From positions 64,001 to 128,000 of the forward strand of contig JBNGBT010000005.1 of assembly GCA_049903315.1 (NCBI GenBank): a DNA stretch of 64,000 bases, read 5' to 3'. Of this stretch, positions 28,197 to 38,973 are shown one piece after another. The first letter of the stretch is position 1; each line of letters begins with the position of its first letter. The position numbers and the translations under genes are program-made. This DNA is from Candidatus Cloacimonadota bacterium (GTDB taxonomy: Bacteria; Cloacimonadota; Cloacimonadia; JGIOTU-2). The notes beneath the pieces were generated by a model that searched no databases, was not told where the DNA came from, and saw nothing but the letters and a program-made list of their open reading frames with translations.

Positions 28197-29344
28197 AGAT
28201 TTCGACAAGATTCCTGGAAGATTCGCTCGTTTATATCTGCCTGATCTTGGTTTTGATAGGACTATTGCTCATCGGCAGTATTGATTCTTTTCAGTTCAAA
28301 TCTCGGAATATTGTGATGCAGACTTCCTGGATCTTTGTATCAATCATCTTCTTTTTTGTTTTTTCTCATATACATCTTCAAAGGTTGAGAGTTCTTTCAT
28401 TTCCTTTGTTATTTCTAGGATTGATCGCGCTTGGAGCAGTCTTTGTGCCGGGTATTGGGAAGACGGTCAACTATTCATCACGCTGGATAAATTTTGGCAG
28501 ATTCACTTTTCAGGCAAGCAATCTGGCAAAAGTAATTTTTATCTTTTATCTGGCTCATTTCTTTGCAAAAAATCAGGATATTCTGGAAAGGTCTGAACCG
28601 AAGTATTTCATCAAAAACTTTTTCCCAATAATTTTTGCTCTTGGAGTCTATGTCGGATTGATCTATTTTGAGCCCGATCTCAGCACAGCAGGTATTCTCT
28701 TTCTTATTTTTTTAAGTATGCTTTTCGTGGCGAAAGTGAAACTATCCACTATCACATTAATATCAGTGAGTGTGATTGTGGTACTTGTAGTTCTTATATC
28801 GGTTGGTCCTGCATATCGAAGAGCGAGGTATGTTTCATTTGTGAAATTTCTGAGCGGTAAAGAAGTGCAGATTCAAAACCAAAATGACACGTTCTTTCAA
28901 CCAAGAGAATCTCTTATTGCACTTTCTAACGGCAAGTTAACCGGCAGGGGGTCTGAAGAGGGGAAGGCAAAATTATATTACCTGCCCTTTGCTCATTCCG
29001 ATTATATTTTTTCTATACTTGGCGAGGAATATGGGTTTGTAGGAAGTCTCGTGCTTCTGCTGTTTTATCTCTTATTGCTTTTAAGTTGTTTCACATTAGC
29101 ACAACGCGCACATGATCCGTTTTACTCATTTTTGATTGCTGGTCTTGGTTTCGGGATTGCGTATAATATTTTTGTAAATGTCGCAGTAGCAGTGAGTTTG
29201 ATCCCTTCAACCGGCGTAACATTACCTTTCATAAGCTACGGAGGGTCAGCACTTTTAATTGATTCGATTGCAATCGCTGTCATTATCAATGCCAGCAAGC
29301 GTGACCGCTATGAACGTTTAGAGAAGGACCTTCAGTATGTATAG
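28193..29344 (+). CDS. ftsW: SEDS peptidoglycan polymerase FtsW
   Basis: RWI, FQ.S, EPDL, LP.AHSDYIF, EE.G, G..LPFISYGGS. Confidence 0.93.
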   Translation: MKISTRFLEDSLVYICLILVLIGLLLIGSIDSFQFKSRNIVMQTSWIFVSIIFFFVFSHIHLQRLRVLSFPLLFLGLIALGAVFVPGIGKTVNYSSRWINFGRFTFQASNLAKVIFIFYLAHFFAKNQDILERSEPKYFIKNFFPIIFALGVYVGLIYFEPDLSTAGILFLIFLSMLFVAKVKLSTITLISVSVIVVLVVLISVGPAYRRARYVSFVKFLSGKEVQIQNQNDTFFQPRESLIALSNGKLTGRGSEEGKAKLYYLPFAHSDYIFSILGEEYGFVGSLVLLLFYLLLLLSCFTLAQRAHDPFYSFLIAGLGFGIAYNIFVNVAVAVSLIPSTGVTLPFISYGGSALLIDSIAIAVIINASKRDRYERLEKDLQYV

Positions 29345-30431
29345 AATTGCCATAGCAGCAGGTGGAACCGGCGGACATATCTTTCCGGGTATTGCAATTG
29401 CCAGAGAACTGCAAAGGCAGCTTGCTGATTGTAAAGTGATATTTATCGGATCAAAAGAAGGCATAGAAAATAAAATTGTGAAAGAAAATGGATATGAATG
29501 TTATCCGACTGACGTGCAGAAACTATACCGAAATATCACATTCAAAAATTTGCTATTTCCATATTATATGCTGAAAAGTATTTCTCAAACTCAGGATGTT
29601 TATAGGAAGCACAAAATATCAATTTTTATTGGATGCGGTGGATTTGTTAGTGGAACTGCGGGGTATGCTGCAAAACTGCAAAGAATCCCGATTTTTTTAC
29701 AGGAACAAAATAGTTATCCAGGATTGAGTACACGTTTCATCGCACCCTATGCTCAAAAAATTTATCTAGGAAATCCAAAAGCACATGAATATTTAAAATG
29801 TCCCAGAGAAAACATTTCCTATACAGGCAATCCAATACGTACCCCGATAAAGATTTCCCGGGAAAAAGCACTTGAAATACTTGGATTGCAAAATAAAAAA
29901 ACAGTTTTTATTTATGGTGGAAGTCTGGGTTCCATACCGATTAATAATGCTGTGCTCCCGATTCTTGAGAAGTTGCTGCAAAATAATTTTCAAGTTATCT
30001 TTCAGACGGGAAAACGTGATTATACAAGGATATTTGAGCTTCACAAAAAAACTGAAAGCCTCATCATAAAACCGTTTTTTGACGATATCGATGTTGCATA
30101 TTCTGCCAGTGACCTTGTTGTATGCAGGGCTGGAGCGATCTCACTCTCCGAAGTAGCATATTTTGGAATTCCTGCAATTATTATTCCTTTCCCTTGGGCA
30201 GCAGGGGATCATCAGGTGAAAAATGCTGAGAGTTTGAGAACAAGAAAAGCAGCAGTTGTGATAGAAGAAAAAAACCTTACATCAGAAATATTATTTCACG
30301 AGATCGTGAATATCTTGAATAATCTTGTTCTGCACGAAATTATGGCACATGCGTTGAAGTTACTTGCAAAACCGGAGGCAACCCGGGATATAGTCAGCGA
30401 TATTATTAGTACGTTAGGAATAGAATGTTAG
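29337..30431 (+). CDS. murG: Lipid II GlcNAc transferase MurG
   Basis: GGTGGHIFP, EQN, TGNPIR, GGSLG, RAGA, HQ..NA. Confidence 0.96.
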   Translation: MYRIAIAAGGTGGHIFPGIAIARELQRQLADCKVIFIGSKEGIENKIVKENGYECYPTDVQKLYRNITFKNLLFPYYMLKSISQTQDVYRKHKISIFIGCGGFVSGTAGYAAKLQRIPIFLQEQNSYPGLSTRFIAPYAQKIYLGNPKAHEYLKCPRENISYTGNPIRTPIKISREKALEILGLQNKKTVFIYGGSLGSIPINNAVLPILEKLLQNNFQVIFQTGKRDYTRIFELHKKTESLIIKPFFDDIDVAYSASDLVVCRAGAISLSEVAYFGIPAIIIPFPWAAGDHQVKNAESLRTRKAAVVIEEKNLTSEILFHEIVNILNNLVLHEIMAHALKLLAKPEATRDIVSDIISTLGIEC

Positions 30432-31825
30432 GAAGAACAAAAAAATTACATTTCGTCGGTATTGGCGGGATAGGTATGAGCGGAATCGCAGAACTGCTTA
30501 TAAATTATGGTTATAAGATCTCCGGTTCTGACTTGCTCCAATCCCACGTAACCGAACGCCTTGAAAAAATGGGTGCTGAGATAACTTATCAGCATAAAGC
30601 ATCAAACGTTCATAAGGATGTTGATGTTGTAGTGAAATCATCTGCGGTAACAGATTCAAATATAGAGATAAAAACAGCTATTAATAGGAATATTCCTGTC
30701 ATCAGGCGTGCTGAAATGCTGTATGAACTCATGAGAATGAAAACGGGAATTGGCATTGCAGGCACACATGGAAAGACTACTACAACCTCTATGACGGGTA
30801 TGATACTTACCGAAGCCGGCTTGCTTCCCACACTCGTGATCGGAGGTGTGGTAAAGAATTTTGACAGCAATGCTGTTCTCGGAAAATCAAAATATATTGT
30901 TGTTGAAGCTGATGAATACGACCGTTCTTTTCTGTCACTAACCCCCATAATAGCAGGCATTTGCAATATTGAAGAGGAACATGTGGATTGTTACCCAACT
31001 GTAGAAGAACTGGAAAATGCATTTCTCCAATTTGCCAATTCAGTTCCTTTCTTTGGCTTAATAGTTGCCTGTATCGATGATCCGGCTGTAAACCGGCTTC
31101 TCCCAAGATTTGAAAAGCGATTGTGTACTTTTGGATTGGATAAAAAAGCTACAGTACGTGCGGAGAATATTAAATATTCAAATTTTGAATCGGAGTATGA
31201 TCTCATTTATGCAAATAAAAAATTAGGTTCGATCAATCTCTCTATGCCGGGTGCACATAATGTTCAGAACTCTCTTCTCGCAGCTTCCATAGCACTCGAG
31301 CTTGAAATTCCATTCATAGACATCAGGAACGGTTTAAAGAAATTCAAAGGTGTTTACCGCCGGTTTGAACGCAAAGGCTTTGTGAACGATATTCTCGTTT
31401 ATGATGATTATGCTCATCATCCAACAGAAGTAAGAAAAACACTTCAGGGCATTAAGGAAGGTTCGGTTCGAAGAATAATCGCAGTATTCCAGCCGCATTT
31501 ATTCACGCGGACAAAAATGTTCTACAGAAAATTTGCAGAAGCTCTTATGATTTCCGATGTGTTGATTATCAATGATATTTATCCTGCACGTGAGGAACCT
31601 ATCGAAGGCGTGACAGGCAAACTTATTTCCGATGTGACGCGCGATCTCGGGCATAAAAAGGTCTATTTCATAAAAGATAGAAGAGATATCCCAGCTGAGC
31701 TCATGAAGATATGTAAAAGTGGTGATTTCGTAATTACAATGGGGGCGGGAAATATTGTTGAAGTTTCGGAGAAATTTGTTCACCTGCTCGAGAAGCAGAA
31801 TGAAGCACAATCAAAGAAAAAATAA
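30425..31825 (+). CDS. murC: UDP-MurNAc:L-Ala ligase
   Basis: HFVGIGGIGMSGIA, GTHGKTTT, EADEYD, DDYAHHPTE, FQPH. Confidence 0.97.
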   Translation: MLGRTKKLHFVGIGGIGMSGIAELLINYGYKISGSDLLQSHVTERLEKMGAEITYQHKASNVHKDVDVVVKSSAVTDSNIEIKTAINRNIPVIRRAEMLYELMRMKTGIGIAGTHGKTTTTSMTGMILTEAGLLPTLVIGGVVKNFDSNAVLGKSKYIVVEADEYDRSFLSLTPIIAGICNIEEEHVDCYPTVEELENAFLQFANSVPFFGLIVACIDDPAVNRLLPRFEKRLCTFGLDKKATVRAENIKYSNFESEYDLIYANKKLGSINLSMPGAHNVQNSLLAASIALELEIPFIDIRNGLKKFKGVYRRFERKGFVNDILVYDDYAHHPTEVRKTLQGIKEGSVRRIIAVFQPHLFTRTKMFYRKFAEALMISDVLIINDIYPAREEPIEGVTGKLISDVTRDLGHKKVYFIKDRRDIPAELMKICKSGDFVITMGAGNIVEVSEKFVHLLEKQNEAQSKKK

Positions 31826-32748
31826 TGATAGAAAAATTTGAATTATTTCTGAAAGAGCATCACATCATGTGTGTGGACAAAGCAGTTTCATTGAAATCGC
31901 TCACAACCATAAAGTGCGGCGGTAAATCTGATTATCTCGCAGAACCAGACAATTATGATGATCTTTCTATTATATTCAAATTTGTGTGTGAAAATAATAT
32001 TCAGTATAAAATTCTTGGGAACGGTTCCAATATTTTAGTTTCTGATTTGGGTTTCTCCGGTGTTGTCATTTCACTGAAAAATCTTCCTTATTCAATTGAG
32101 TTGTATGACGGAAAATTATCAGTTGCTGCTCATATTGAATGTGTAAATCTTCAAAAAAAATGTATACTTGAAGGCTTGAGTGGTTTGGAATTTTTGAGTG
32201 GTATTCCCGGAACCACAGGTGGAATTATTGCAATGAATGCAGGTGCTTTCAGGTACGATATTGAGAGTGTCATTGATTCGATAAAAGTGGTAACTCATGA
32301 AGGAAAAATCTCGAGTATTCAAGCTGAAAATATTGAATTCTCATATAGAAAAACCAAACTTCCTTTTGAGCATTTTATTATTATAGAAGGCACCTTCAAT
32401 GTTCAAAAAAAGAATATGCTGGAGGTGAAAGAACTCTGCGACTCATATTTTTCACAAAGGAAATCAAAAAATCTTTGGCAATCACAAACTTTTGGTTCGA
32501 CCTTCAAAAATGGGGCGGATTATTACGCAGGTGAACTTATCGAGAAATGCGGATTAAAGGGATTTGCAATTGGCGATGCTCAAATCTCTACAGATCATGC
32601 AAATTTTATTATTAATAATGGAAATGTTTCATCCAAAGATGTATATCTTCTCATACAAAAAATGAAGGATCAGGTGAAGAAAAAATTTGGCAAGAATCTC
32701 GAATTAGAAGTTAAACTATGGGGAGATTTCTCTTATGCAGGAAAATAG
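31825..32748 (+). CDS. murB: UDP-N-acetylenolpyruvoylglucosamine reductase
   Basis: GNGSNIL, IPGT.GG..MNAGA, FSYR, GSTFKN, HANFIIN, LELEV. Confidence 0.93.
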   Translation: MIEKFELFLKEHHIMCVDKAVSLKSLTTIKCGGKSDYLAEPDNYDDLSIIFKFVCENNIQYKILGNGSNILVSDLGFSGVVISLKNLPYSIELYDGKLSVAAHIECVNLQKKCILEGLSGLEFLSGIPGTTGGIIAMNAGAFRYDIESVIDSIKVVTHEGKISSIQAENIEFSYRKTKLPFEHFIIIEGTFNVQKKNMLEVKELCDSYFSQRKSKNLWQSQTFGSTFKNGADYYAGELIEKCGLKGFAIGDAQISTDHANFIINNGNVSSKDVYLLIQKMKDQVKKKFGKNLELEVKLWGDFSYAGK

Positions 32749-33499
32749 AACAAGATCAAAAGAACCGGTAATTAAAAAAGCGCTTGTCATGCTAGTACTG
32801 TGTGTGATCATTGCAGGAGCAAGTGCGTATCTGATGAAGTTTGGCGTAACAAAATGGAATTATCTCCGAATGAAAGACAGTGAAGTGACGGGTACGATTC
32901 ACATCAATCCGAACATTATCCATATTGCCCTTTCGGAGTTCAAAGGGGAAAATTTGTATCTTCTCGAGGATGATGCAGTACGGGATAGGTTGTTGCAAAA
33001 TCCGTCCGTGAAAGATGTAAGGGTTTTGAGAATATTCCCAAGCACATTGAAGGTTGTCATTGAAGAACGCCTTCCAATTGCCTACTTCCAGACAGATCAA
33101 AATGAATATTATCTTATTGATGAACAAGGTGTATTGCTTGATAAAGTTGCTCTAAGCGATGGATTGGATGTGCCAGTCTTTTGTGAAATCAGCATAAATA
33201 ATTTGACACTGGGACAGGAGGTATCAGATACAAACGTCAAGATTCTTCTCGATGTGTACAAGACTCTGAAAATGAAATATCCTGATTTTCTCGCATCTGT
33301 TGGTGAGTTTTATATTGAAGATGGGGATGTTATCATATCAGAACAGGAGAGAGGTGTCAGATTTATTCTCGGTGATCGTGATTTTGATGAACGACTGGAA
33401 AAACTGGTCTTTGCATATCAGAATTTTGGTGTGGCAACGTATTCTGAGATCGATGTGCGGTTCTCCGACCCAATACATGAACTGGTGATATTAAGATAA
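32735..33499 (+). CDS. ftsQ: Cell division protein FtsQ/DivIB
   Basis: N-terminal TM, POTRA 'R.FPSTLKV.IEER.P', C-terminal IDVRF; sits before ftsA. Confidence 0.85.
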   Translation: MQENRTRSKEPVIKKALVMLVLCVIIAGASAYLMKFGVTKWNYLRMKDSEVTGTIHINPNIIHIALSEFKGENLYLLEDDAVRDRLLQNPSVKDVRVLRIFPSTLKVVIEERLPIAYFQTDQNEYYLIDEQGVLLDKVALSDGLDVPVFCEISINNLTLGQEVSDTNVKILLDVYKTLKMKYPDFLASVGEFYIEDGDVIISEQERGVRFILGDRDFDERLEKLVFAYQNFGVATYSEIDVRFSDPIHELVILR

Positions 33500-34773
33500 T
33501 GGCAAGACAACAAGTAGTTACAGCATTGGATATTGGTACAACGAAAATTTGTTGTATCATCGCAGTTATTGATAAAAACAATCAACTGAAGATCTCTGGT
33601 ATCGGTGAGACAAAATCCCAGGGACTCACGCGGGGAATGATCAGGAATATTCGCGCTGCATCTGAATCAATTGATTCCGCAGTACGGTCTGCCGAAAAAA
33701 TGGCAGGTATCGATGCGGAGAATATAATTGTCGGTGTTGCTGGAGAAATGATCCACAGCTTTGTGCGCCACGGGATGGCAAATATAGTCAGTAAAAGTAA
33801 ATATACCGAAGAAATTAACGAATATGAAGTCACAGAAACCGAGATCGAAAATGTCAAAAATGATGCAATAAAAAATGCGCCGTTAACAAGCGATCAGAAA
33901 CTCATTCATGTTGAACCTCAATATTTTATGATAGACAGCATGACGGGCATTATTGATCCCATAGGAATGACAGGACACCGTCTTGAGGCAGATGTGCATT
34001 TTGTGACTGCGGATATGAGTTATTTAAACAGCATCTACCGCAGTGTTCAGCTTCTGGGATTAAATGTGAAAGATGTTATCCTTCAACCCATTGCATCTGC
34101 TATGGCAGTTCTCAACGATGATGAAGTAGAACTCGGCGCAGTGCTTGTTGATATAGGCGGCGGCACGACAGACGTTTCTATATATTATAAAAACAGCCTT
34201 AGATTTACTTGCATCATTCCATTTGGAGGTGAGAACATCACTTCTGATCTTTCCGTAGGATTGCGTACTCCGAATGCAGAAGCAGAAAAGATCAAGATAG
34301 ATTTCGGCTATGCTATTCCGGAAAATGTGGATGATGACTCAAAAATAGAAGTGCCCGGCATTGGAGGTTATCCTTCAACGTTCCGAACAAAAAAGCTCAT
34401 TGCAGAGATCATTAATCCAAGAATGCAGGAGATCGCACAGCTGGTTTATAATAATGTGGTGAAAAGTAAATATATTGAAATGATCACTGCCGGAATTTCC
34501 ATTTGCGGAGGAACCGCTAATCTGAAAAGTACAAATCAACTTTTCTCCCAGGTATTTCATGAGATCCCAACAAAAACAGGTTACCCTTCATTCAAAGGGA
34601 TTTACGGCGACACGGAAACACTTTCAAATCCAAAATATGCAACTGCTGTCGGTTTACTGTATTGGGGTAAGAAAAATTATAAGAACGAACCCCTTGCACC
34701 GGGCAAGGGTTCAGTCATTGACCGCCTTTTCAAACGAATCAAAAAATGGTTTGAAATACAGAGCTTTACATAA
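33499..34773 (+). CDS. ftsA: Cell division protein FtsA
   Basis: ALDIGTTKI, P.GM.G.RLE, DIGGGTTD, AEKIK, YATAVGL. Confidence 0.96.
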   Translation: MARQQVVTALDIGTTKICCIIAVIDKNNQLKISGIGETKSQGLTRGMIRNIRAASESIDSAVRSAEKMAGIDAENIIVGVAGEMIHSFVRHGMANIVSKSKYTEEINEYEVTETEIENVKNDAIKNAPLTSDQKLIHVEPQYFMIDSMTGIIDPIGMTGHRLEADVHFVTADMSYLNSIYRSVQLLGLNVKDVILQPIASAMAVLNDDEVELGAVLVDIGGGTTDVSIYYKNSLRFTCIIPFGGENITSDLSVGLRTPNAEAEKIKIDFGYAIPENVDDDSKIEVPGIGGYPSTFRTKKLIAEIINPRMQEIAQLVYNNVVKSKYIEMITAGISICGGTANLKSTNQLFSQVFHEIPTKTGYPSFKGIYGDTETLSNPKYATAVGLLYWGKKNYKNEPLAPGKGSVIDRLFKRIKKWFEIQSFT

Positions 34774-34810
34774 AACATAATCCCTGACCACGGTCAAATA
34801 GGGAGCATAT

Positions 34811-35941
34811 ATGCTAAAATTTAATCATTCAACGAACAAAATATCCAAGATCAAGATCATCGGTATCGGCGGTGCAGGCAACAATGCGGTCAATACGATG
34901 ATCACAAATAATCTCGGTGGTGTCGATTATGTGGCAGTTAACACTGATCTGCAGGTTCTCAACGTTTCTGCCGCAGAAGATAAATTACAGATCGGCAAGA
35001 ACCTTGTGAAAGGATTCGGAGCAGGTGGAAAACCTGAAGTCGGTGCAATGTGCGCAGAAGAAAGCAAGGAAGAAATTAAGAAAACGCTTGCTCATTCTGA
35101 TGTTGTATTTCTTACTGCAGGAATGGGGGGTGGAACAGGAACAGGTGCAGCTCCTATCTTTGCAAAGATAGCCCAAGAAATGGAAATCCTCACCATAGCG
35201 ATCGTCACATATCCTTTCAGCTTTGAGGGGAAATACCGTAAAGAAAATGCAGAAAAGGGCATCGCAGAACTCAAGCAATATGTAAACTCTCTCATTATTA
35301 TCGATAATGATAAAGTCCTTCAAACATTTGATGATATCGAGTTGTACCAGGCATTTGAAAAATCTAATTTTGTTCTTTATAATGCTGCAAAGACTTTCAC
35401 TGAGATCATCAATAAAGAAGGCTATATGAATGTTGATCTTGCAGATGTGAAAACAGTGCTTTCAGAGATGGGATATGCACTCATCGGATTTGGTTCTGCA
35501 AGTGGTGAAGACAGGGCTGCAAAAGCGACACATCAAGCTCTTGATAATCCCCTTATACAAGATATTTCACTTGAAGAAACCAAAGCCATTCTCGTAAATA
35601 TCACAGTGGGTTTTGATTTTGTAACAAAGGAGTATGAGGAAGTGACGAAGATCATTTATGAAAAAACGCACGAGAATACCAATATCATACATGGATTGGT
35701 ATTTGATAAAGATTTGAAGGATGTCATATCAATCGCAATAATTGCCACAGGAATGCTCACTACAGATAGGAAAGAAATTGATATTATTCCACCGGAAGAA
35801 GAGCAATCACAAGAGGAGCGGCAAAAGGAGCTTGAAGTAATAATGGCAAGGATTAAGCAGTCAGAACTTCTTGCACCAAAAAATAATGAGTATTCCATGG
35901 ATGAAATACGTAAACAATACATAAAGGATACTTTGGAGTAA
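34811..35941 (+). CDS. ftsZ: Cell division protein FtsZ
   Basis: [27 protein letters not shown] tubulin signature, T7 loop NVDLADV, IATG. Confidence 0.97.
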   Translation: MLKFNHSTNKISKIKIIGIGGAGNNAVNTMITNNLGGVDYVAVNTDLQVLNVSAAEDKLQIGKNLVKGFGAGGKPEVGAMCAEESKEEIKKTLAHSDVVFLTAGMGGGTGTGAAPIFAKIAQEMEILTIAIVTYPFSFEGKYRKENAEKGIAELKQYVNSLIIIDNDKVLQTFDDIELYQAFEKSNFVLYNAAKTFTEIINKEGYMNVDLADVKTVLSEMGYALIGFGSASGEDRAAKATHQALDNPLIQDISLEETKAILVNITVGFDFVTKEYEEVTKIIYEKTHENTNIIHGLVFDKDLKDVISIAIIATGMLTTDRKEIDIIPPEEEQSQEERQKELEVIMARIKQSELLAPKNNEYSMDEIRKQYIKDTLE

Positions 35942-35942
35942 A

Positions 35943-36302
35943 ATGGATTACATCATAAGATTAGTAATTTACTCGCTCGCAATACTTATTGTGAGCAGGT
36001 TCACACGATTGATCGAGATAAAGAACTTTGGCACTGCACTGGTATTTGCATTTATACTTGGTATTGTTAATGTGCTTATAAGACCGATTTTTCTGTTTAT
36101 CTCACTTCCGCTTATTGCTCTTACTTTCGGTATATTCCTGATCTTTATAAATGGATTGATGATCATTATCGCGGCAGCATTTTTCAAGAATGTCCAAACA
36201 AAGGGCTGTCTTTCGTCTGCAATCGCAAGTGTGCTTATATCACTTGTGGTATTTTTGTTTGATATGATCCTCTTTCCGGGGCAGATACAGGTCACATATT
36301 AG
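35943..36302 (+). CDS. 4-TM membrane protein (YvlD / 'phage holin family' 4_2)
   Basis: 'N..IRP....SLP....TFG.F...IN' family motif; four hydrophobic segments. Confidence 0.8.
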   Translation: MDYIIRLVIYSLAILIVSRFTRLIEIKNFGTALVFAFILGIVNVLIRPIFLFISLPLIALTFGIFLIFINGLMIIIAAAFFKNVQTKGCLSSAIASVLISLVVFLFDMILFPGQIQVTY

Positions 36303-36305
36303 GAG

Positions 36306-36332
36306 CGTTTCTTTACAGAAAAAATACAGTCA
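36306..36332 (+). repeat. Direct repeat copy 1 (27 bp) flanking the FISUMP gene
   Basis: CGTTTCTTTACAGAAAAAATACAGTCA; 25/27 identical to 39147-39173. Confidence 0.8.
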
Positions 36333-36573
36333 TTTTATCTCTCTTTACTGGGTCACTGTTTGGTAAAGCAAATTAAAAAGGGAAGATGTGGAATACAGAA
36401 TCGACTTTTCGCAGTGTTTAAAAATAAATTTGACAACAAAGGAATGATTTTTTCTATTTAGTATATGTAAAGTTGATTCTGGTTTGATTTGCTCTCAGGA
36501 CGGAAAAAATTATGAAAAATTGTAACTTAATAAAACTTAAAAAATATTTACTTCTTAGAAATGGAGGAATTCA

Positions 36574-38973
36574 ATGAAAAAAGTATTAACATTTATAACG
36601 ATGATTATATTATTAACAATAATATTTTCTTGTGGCGAATCATTAGATTTAGAACCAGAAATTGAAGATGATGAGATAGTACTTTCAGATGAGACGATTA
36701 TAATTGAAGAAACAAATTTGTCAGAACCAGATATCGACAGTACAGGGACTTTTTACAGTTATACCTTTACTGGAGAACAACCTGATATTAATATTGGAGA
36801 TGTAATAGTTGGTGAAACGGAATATGGATATTTAAGAAAAGTTACTAACATCGAAGTTCAGAGGGATGGACTAATATTAGAAACCGAGCAATCATGTCTT
36901 ACCGATGCAATAGAAGAATGCTCGATTAAGGATTCAATTCAACTTATTATCGGTAATGAAAATAAATTAAATGGAATGTATTGTACATACTTAGCAAAAG
37001 GTGTGAGTGTTGTTAGAGGAGGATTAGGTTTAGACAATACAACACTATTTTCAGGGACTGTTGGGGGTGTTACAATTTCAGCAACAATTCCAGAAGGCTA
37101 TGTGTCTTTTGAACCATATCTAAATCGTGAACTTGAAATTGGACTGATTCCTCCACGAGTAGAACATCTTTTATTATCAGCAGAAGGAACATTGGAGTTT
37201 GATTGTGATTTGCAGTTAAATGCTTCTGCGTCAATTGATTATGGGAATGAGAAATTATTAGCGATTTTTATATCTCCACCATTTCCGATTGGTCCTGTAC
37301 CTTGTTTTGTTGAACTTTCATTCGTCGCAGGATTCGAAACCCAATTAGATGTTGAAGGTACAATAAAGAGTGGATTTGATTCTGAGGCATCAATAGAACT
37401 TGGTGCGGTATATAATTATGGCAGTGGTTGGGATGATATATGGAATACTAATTTTGAGATAAATTCCCATCCAATAGAATGGGAATTGACTGGTGATGTT
37501 TATGCTAAAGGATATATTACACCACAATTAAGCTTGAAGGTTGCGGGAGTGTTAGGTCCCTATATGGAATTAGAACCTTATTTGAAATTTGATGGAAATG
37601 TAATAGTACCTACAAGCTGGGAGTGGGAATTACTTGGTGGTGTCGATGCAAACCTTGGTTTTGAGATTGAAATACTAAGCTTTTCATTGGCAGACTTTTA
37701 TACTACCCTCGCTAACTGGGAGATAACTATTGCAAGTGATAACGGTTTATATGATTACATAACCGTTACTTCACCTAATGGAGGAGAGGTGTGGTATATG
37801 GGAAGTACTTATGAAATTCAATGGAATGATAATATCAATGAAAATGTAAAGATAGAACTATATAAGTCAGGTGCCATTGATAGATTAATAAAAGATTCAA
37901 CACCTAGTAATGGTTCATACAATTGGCCAATCCCAACAGATTTAACAGAATACTCAAGTTACAAGATTAAGATATCTAGTACGAGTAGTTCGGTGAATGA
38001 TTTAAGTGATAACAATTTTACGATTGAAGAAGAACCACCTGCTGATTACATAACGGTAACATCACCTAATGGTGGAGAGACCTGGCAGATGGGAACAACT
38101 CATAATATAACGTGGGATGATAATATAAGTGAAGATGTAAAGATAGAGTTATATATATCAGGAACTTTAGTAAGTACAATTGCATATGATACCTCAAGTG
38201 GTGGATCGTATACATGGTCGATCCCAACCTGGTTAGACGAATCCTCATATTACAAGATAAAAATCGAAAGTGTAGATAACAGTTCACTAAATGACTGGAG
38301 TGATAATTACTTCACAATTGAAGAAGGTGGTGGGACAGGAACTGTAACCGACATAGACGGCAATGTGTACCAAACGATAATAATTGGTGATCAGGAATGG
38401 ATGGCAGAGAACCTTAAAGTAACTCATTACAGGAATGGTGATCCAATTCCTCATTTAACCAATGATGATGATTGGACGGGTACATCATCCGGTGCATATT
38501 GTGTGTATGATAATGATCCTTCTCATGCAGATACATATGGAAATCACTATAACTGGTATACAGTTGATGATAGTCGTGGATTAGCCCCAGAAGGTTGGCA
38601 TGTACCATCAGATACAGAAATAATGGAATTGGAAACGTATCTTGGTATGAGTCAAAGCCAGGTAAACAGCACAGGATGGCGTGGTACGAACGAAGGCAGT
38701 AAGCTTGCCTCCGGCTACGATTTATGGGACAATGGTGCTTTGAGAGATGATACTGAGTTTGGTAGCAGTGGTTTCGATTTTTTTCCTGGTGGTGACCGTA
38801 ACTATAACTATGGTAATTTCTACGGTGTAGGTAGTCATGGCCTTTTCTGGTCATCTACAGAGAATAATACACAATACGCTTGGAGCCGGGGCTTGGATAA
38901 CCTCGATACTGGAGTAGAACGAATATACTTCAGTAAACGATATGGTTTTTCGGTACGTTGTGTTCGTGATTAA
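36574..38973 (+). CDS. Surface lipoprotein with two Ser/Thr-rich Ig-like repeats and a C-terminal FISUMP (Fib_succ_major) domain
   Basis: Lipobox IIFSC; two 'DYITVTSPNGGE' repeats; VTDIDGNVY.T..IG.Q.WMAENL, YNWY, PEGWHVPS, FWSST, GFSVRCVRD. Confidence 0.88.
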   Translation: MKKVLTFITMIILLTIIFSCGESLDLEPEIEDDEIVLSDETIIIEETNLSEPDIDSTGTFYSYTFTGEQPDINIGDVIVGETEYGYLRKVTNIEVQRDGLILETEQSCLTDAIEECSIKDSIQLIIGNENKLNGMYCTYLAKGVSVVRGGLGLDNTTLFSGTVGGVTISATIPEGYVSFEPYLNRELEIGLIPPRVEHLLLSAEGTLEFDCDLQLNASASIDYGNEKLLAIFISPPFPIGPVPCFVELSFVAGFETQLDVEGTIKSGFDSEASIELGAVYNYGSGWDDIWNTNFEINSHPIEWELTGDVYAKGYITPQLSLKVAGVLGPYMELEPYLKFDGNVIVPTSWEWELLGGVDANLGFEIEILSFSLADFYTTLANWEITIASDNGLYDYITVTSPNGGEVWYMGSTYEIQWNDNINENVKIELYKSGAIDRLIKDSTPSNGSYNWPIPTDLTEYSSYKIKISSTSSSVNDLSDNNFTIEEEPPADYITVTSPNGGETWQMGTTHNITWDDNISEDVKIELYISGTLVSTIAYDTSSGGSYTWSIPTWLDESSYYKIKIESVDNSSLNDWSDNYFTIEEGGGTGTVTDIDGNVYQTIIIGDQEWMAENLKVTHYRNGDPIPHLTNDDDWTGTSSGAYCVYDNDPSHADTYGNHYNWYTVDDSRGLAPEGWHVPSDTEIMELETYLGMSQSQVNSTGWRGTNEGSKLASGYDLWDNGALRDDTEFGSSGFDFFPGGDRNYNYGNFYGVGSHGLFWSSTENNTQYAWSRGLDNLDTGVERIYFSKRYGFSVRCVRD
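37753..38325 (+). repeat. Two tandem 97-codon intragenic domain repeats
   Basis: GATTACATAAC.GT.AC.TCACCTAATGG.GGAGAG at 37753 and 38044 (291-nt period), both ending FTIEE. Confidence 0.85.

Noticed and set aside
35943..36302. 'Phage holin' suggesting a prophage
   Set aside because: This 4-TM family is common in chromosomes; no endolysin or other phage genes are present
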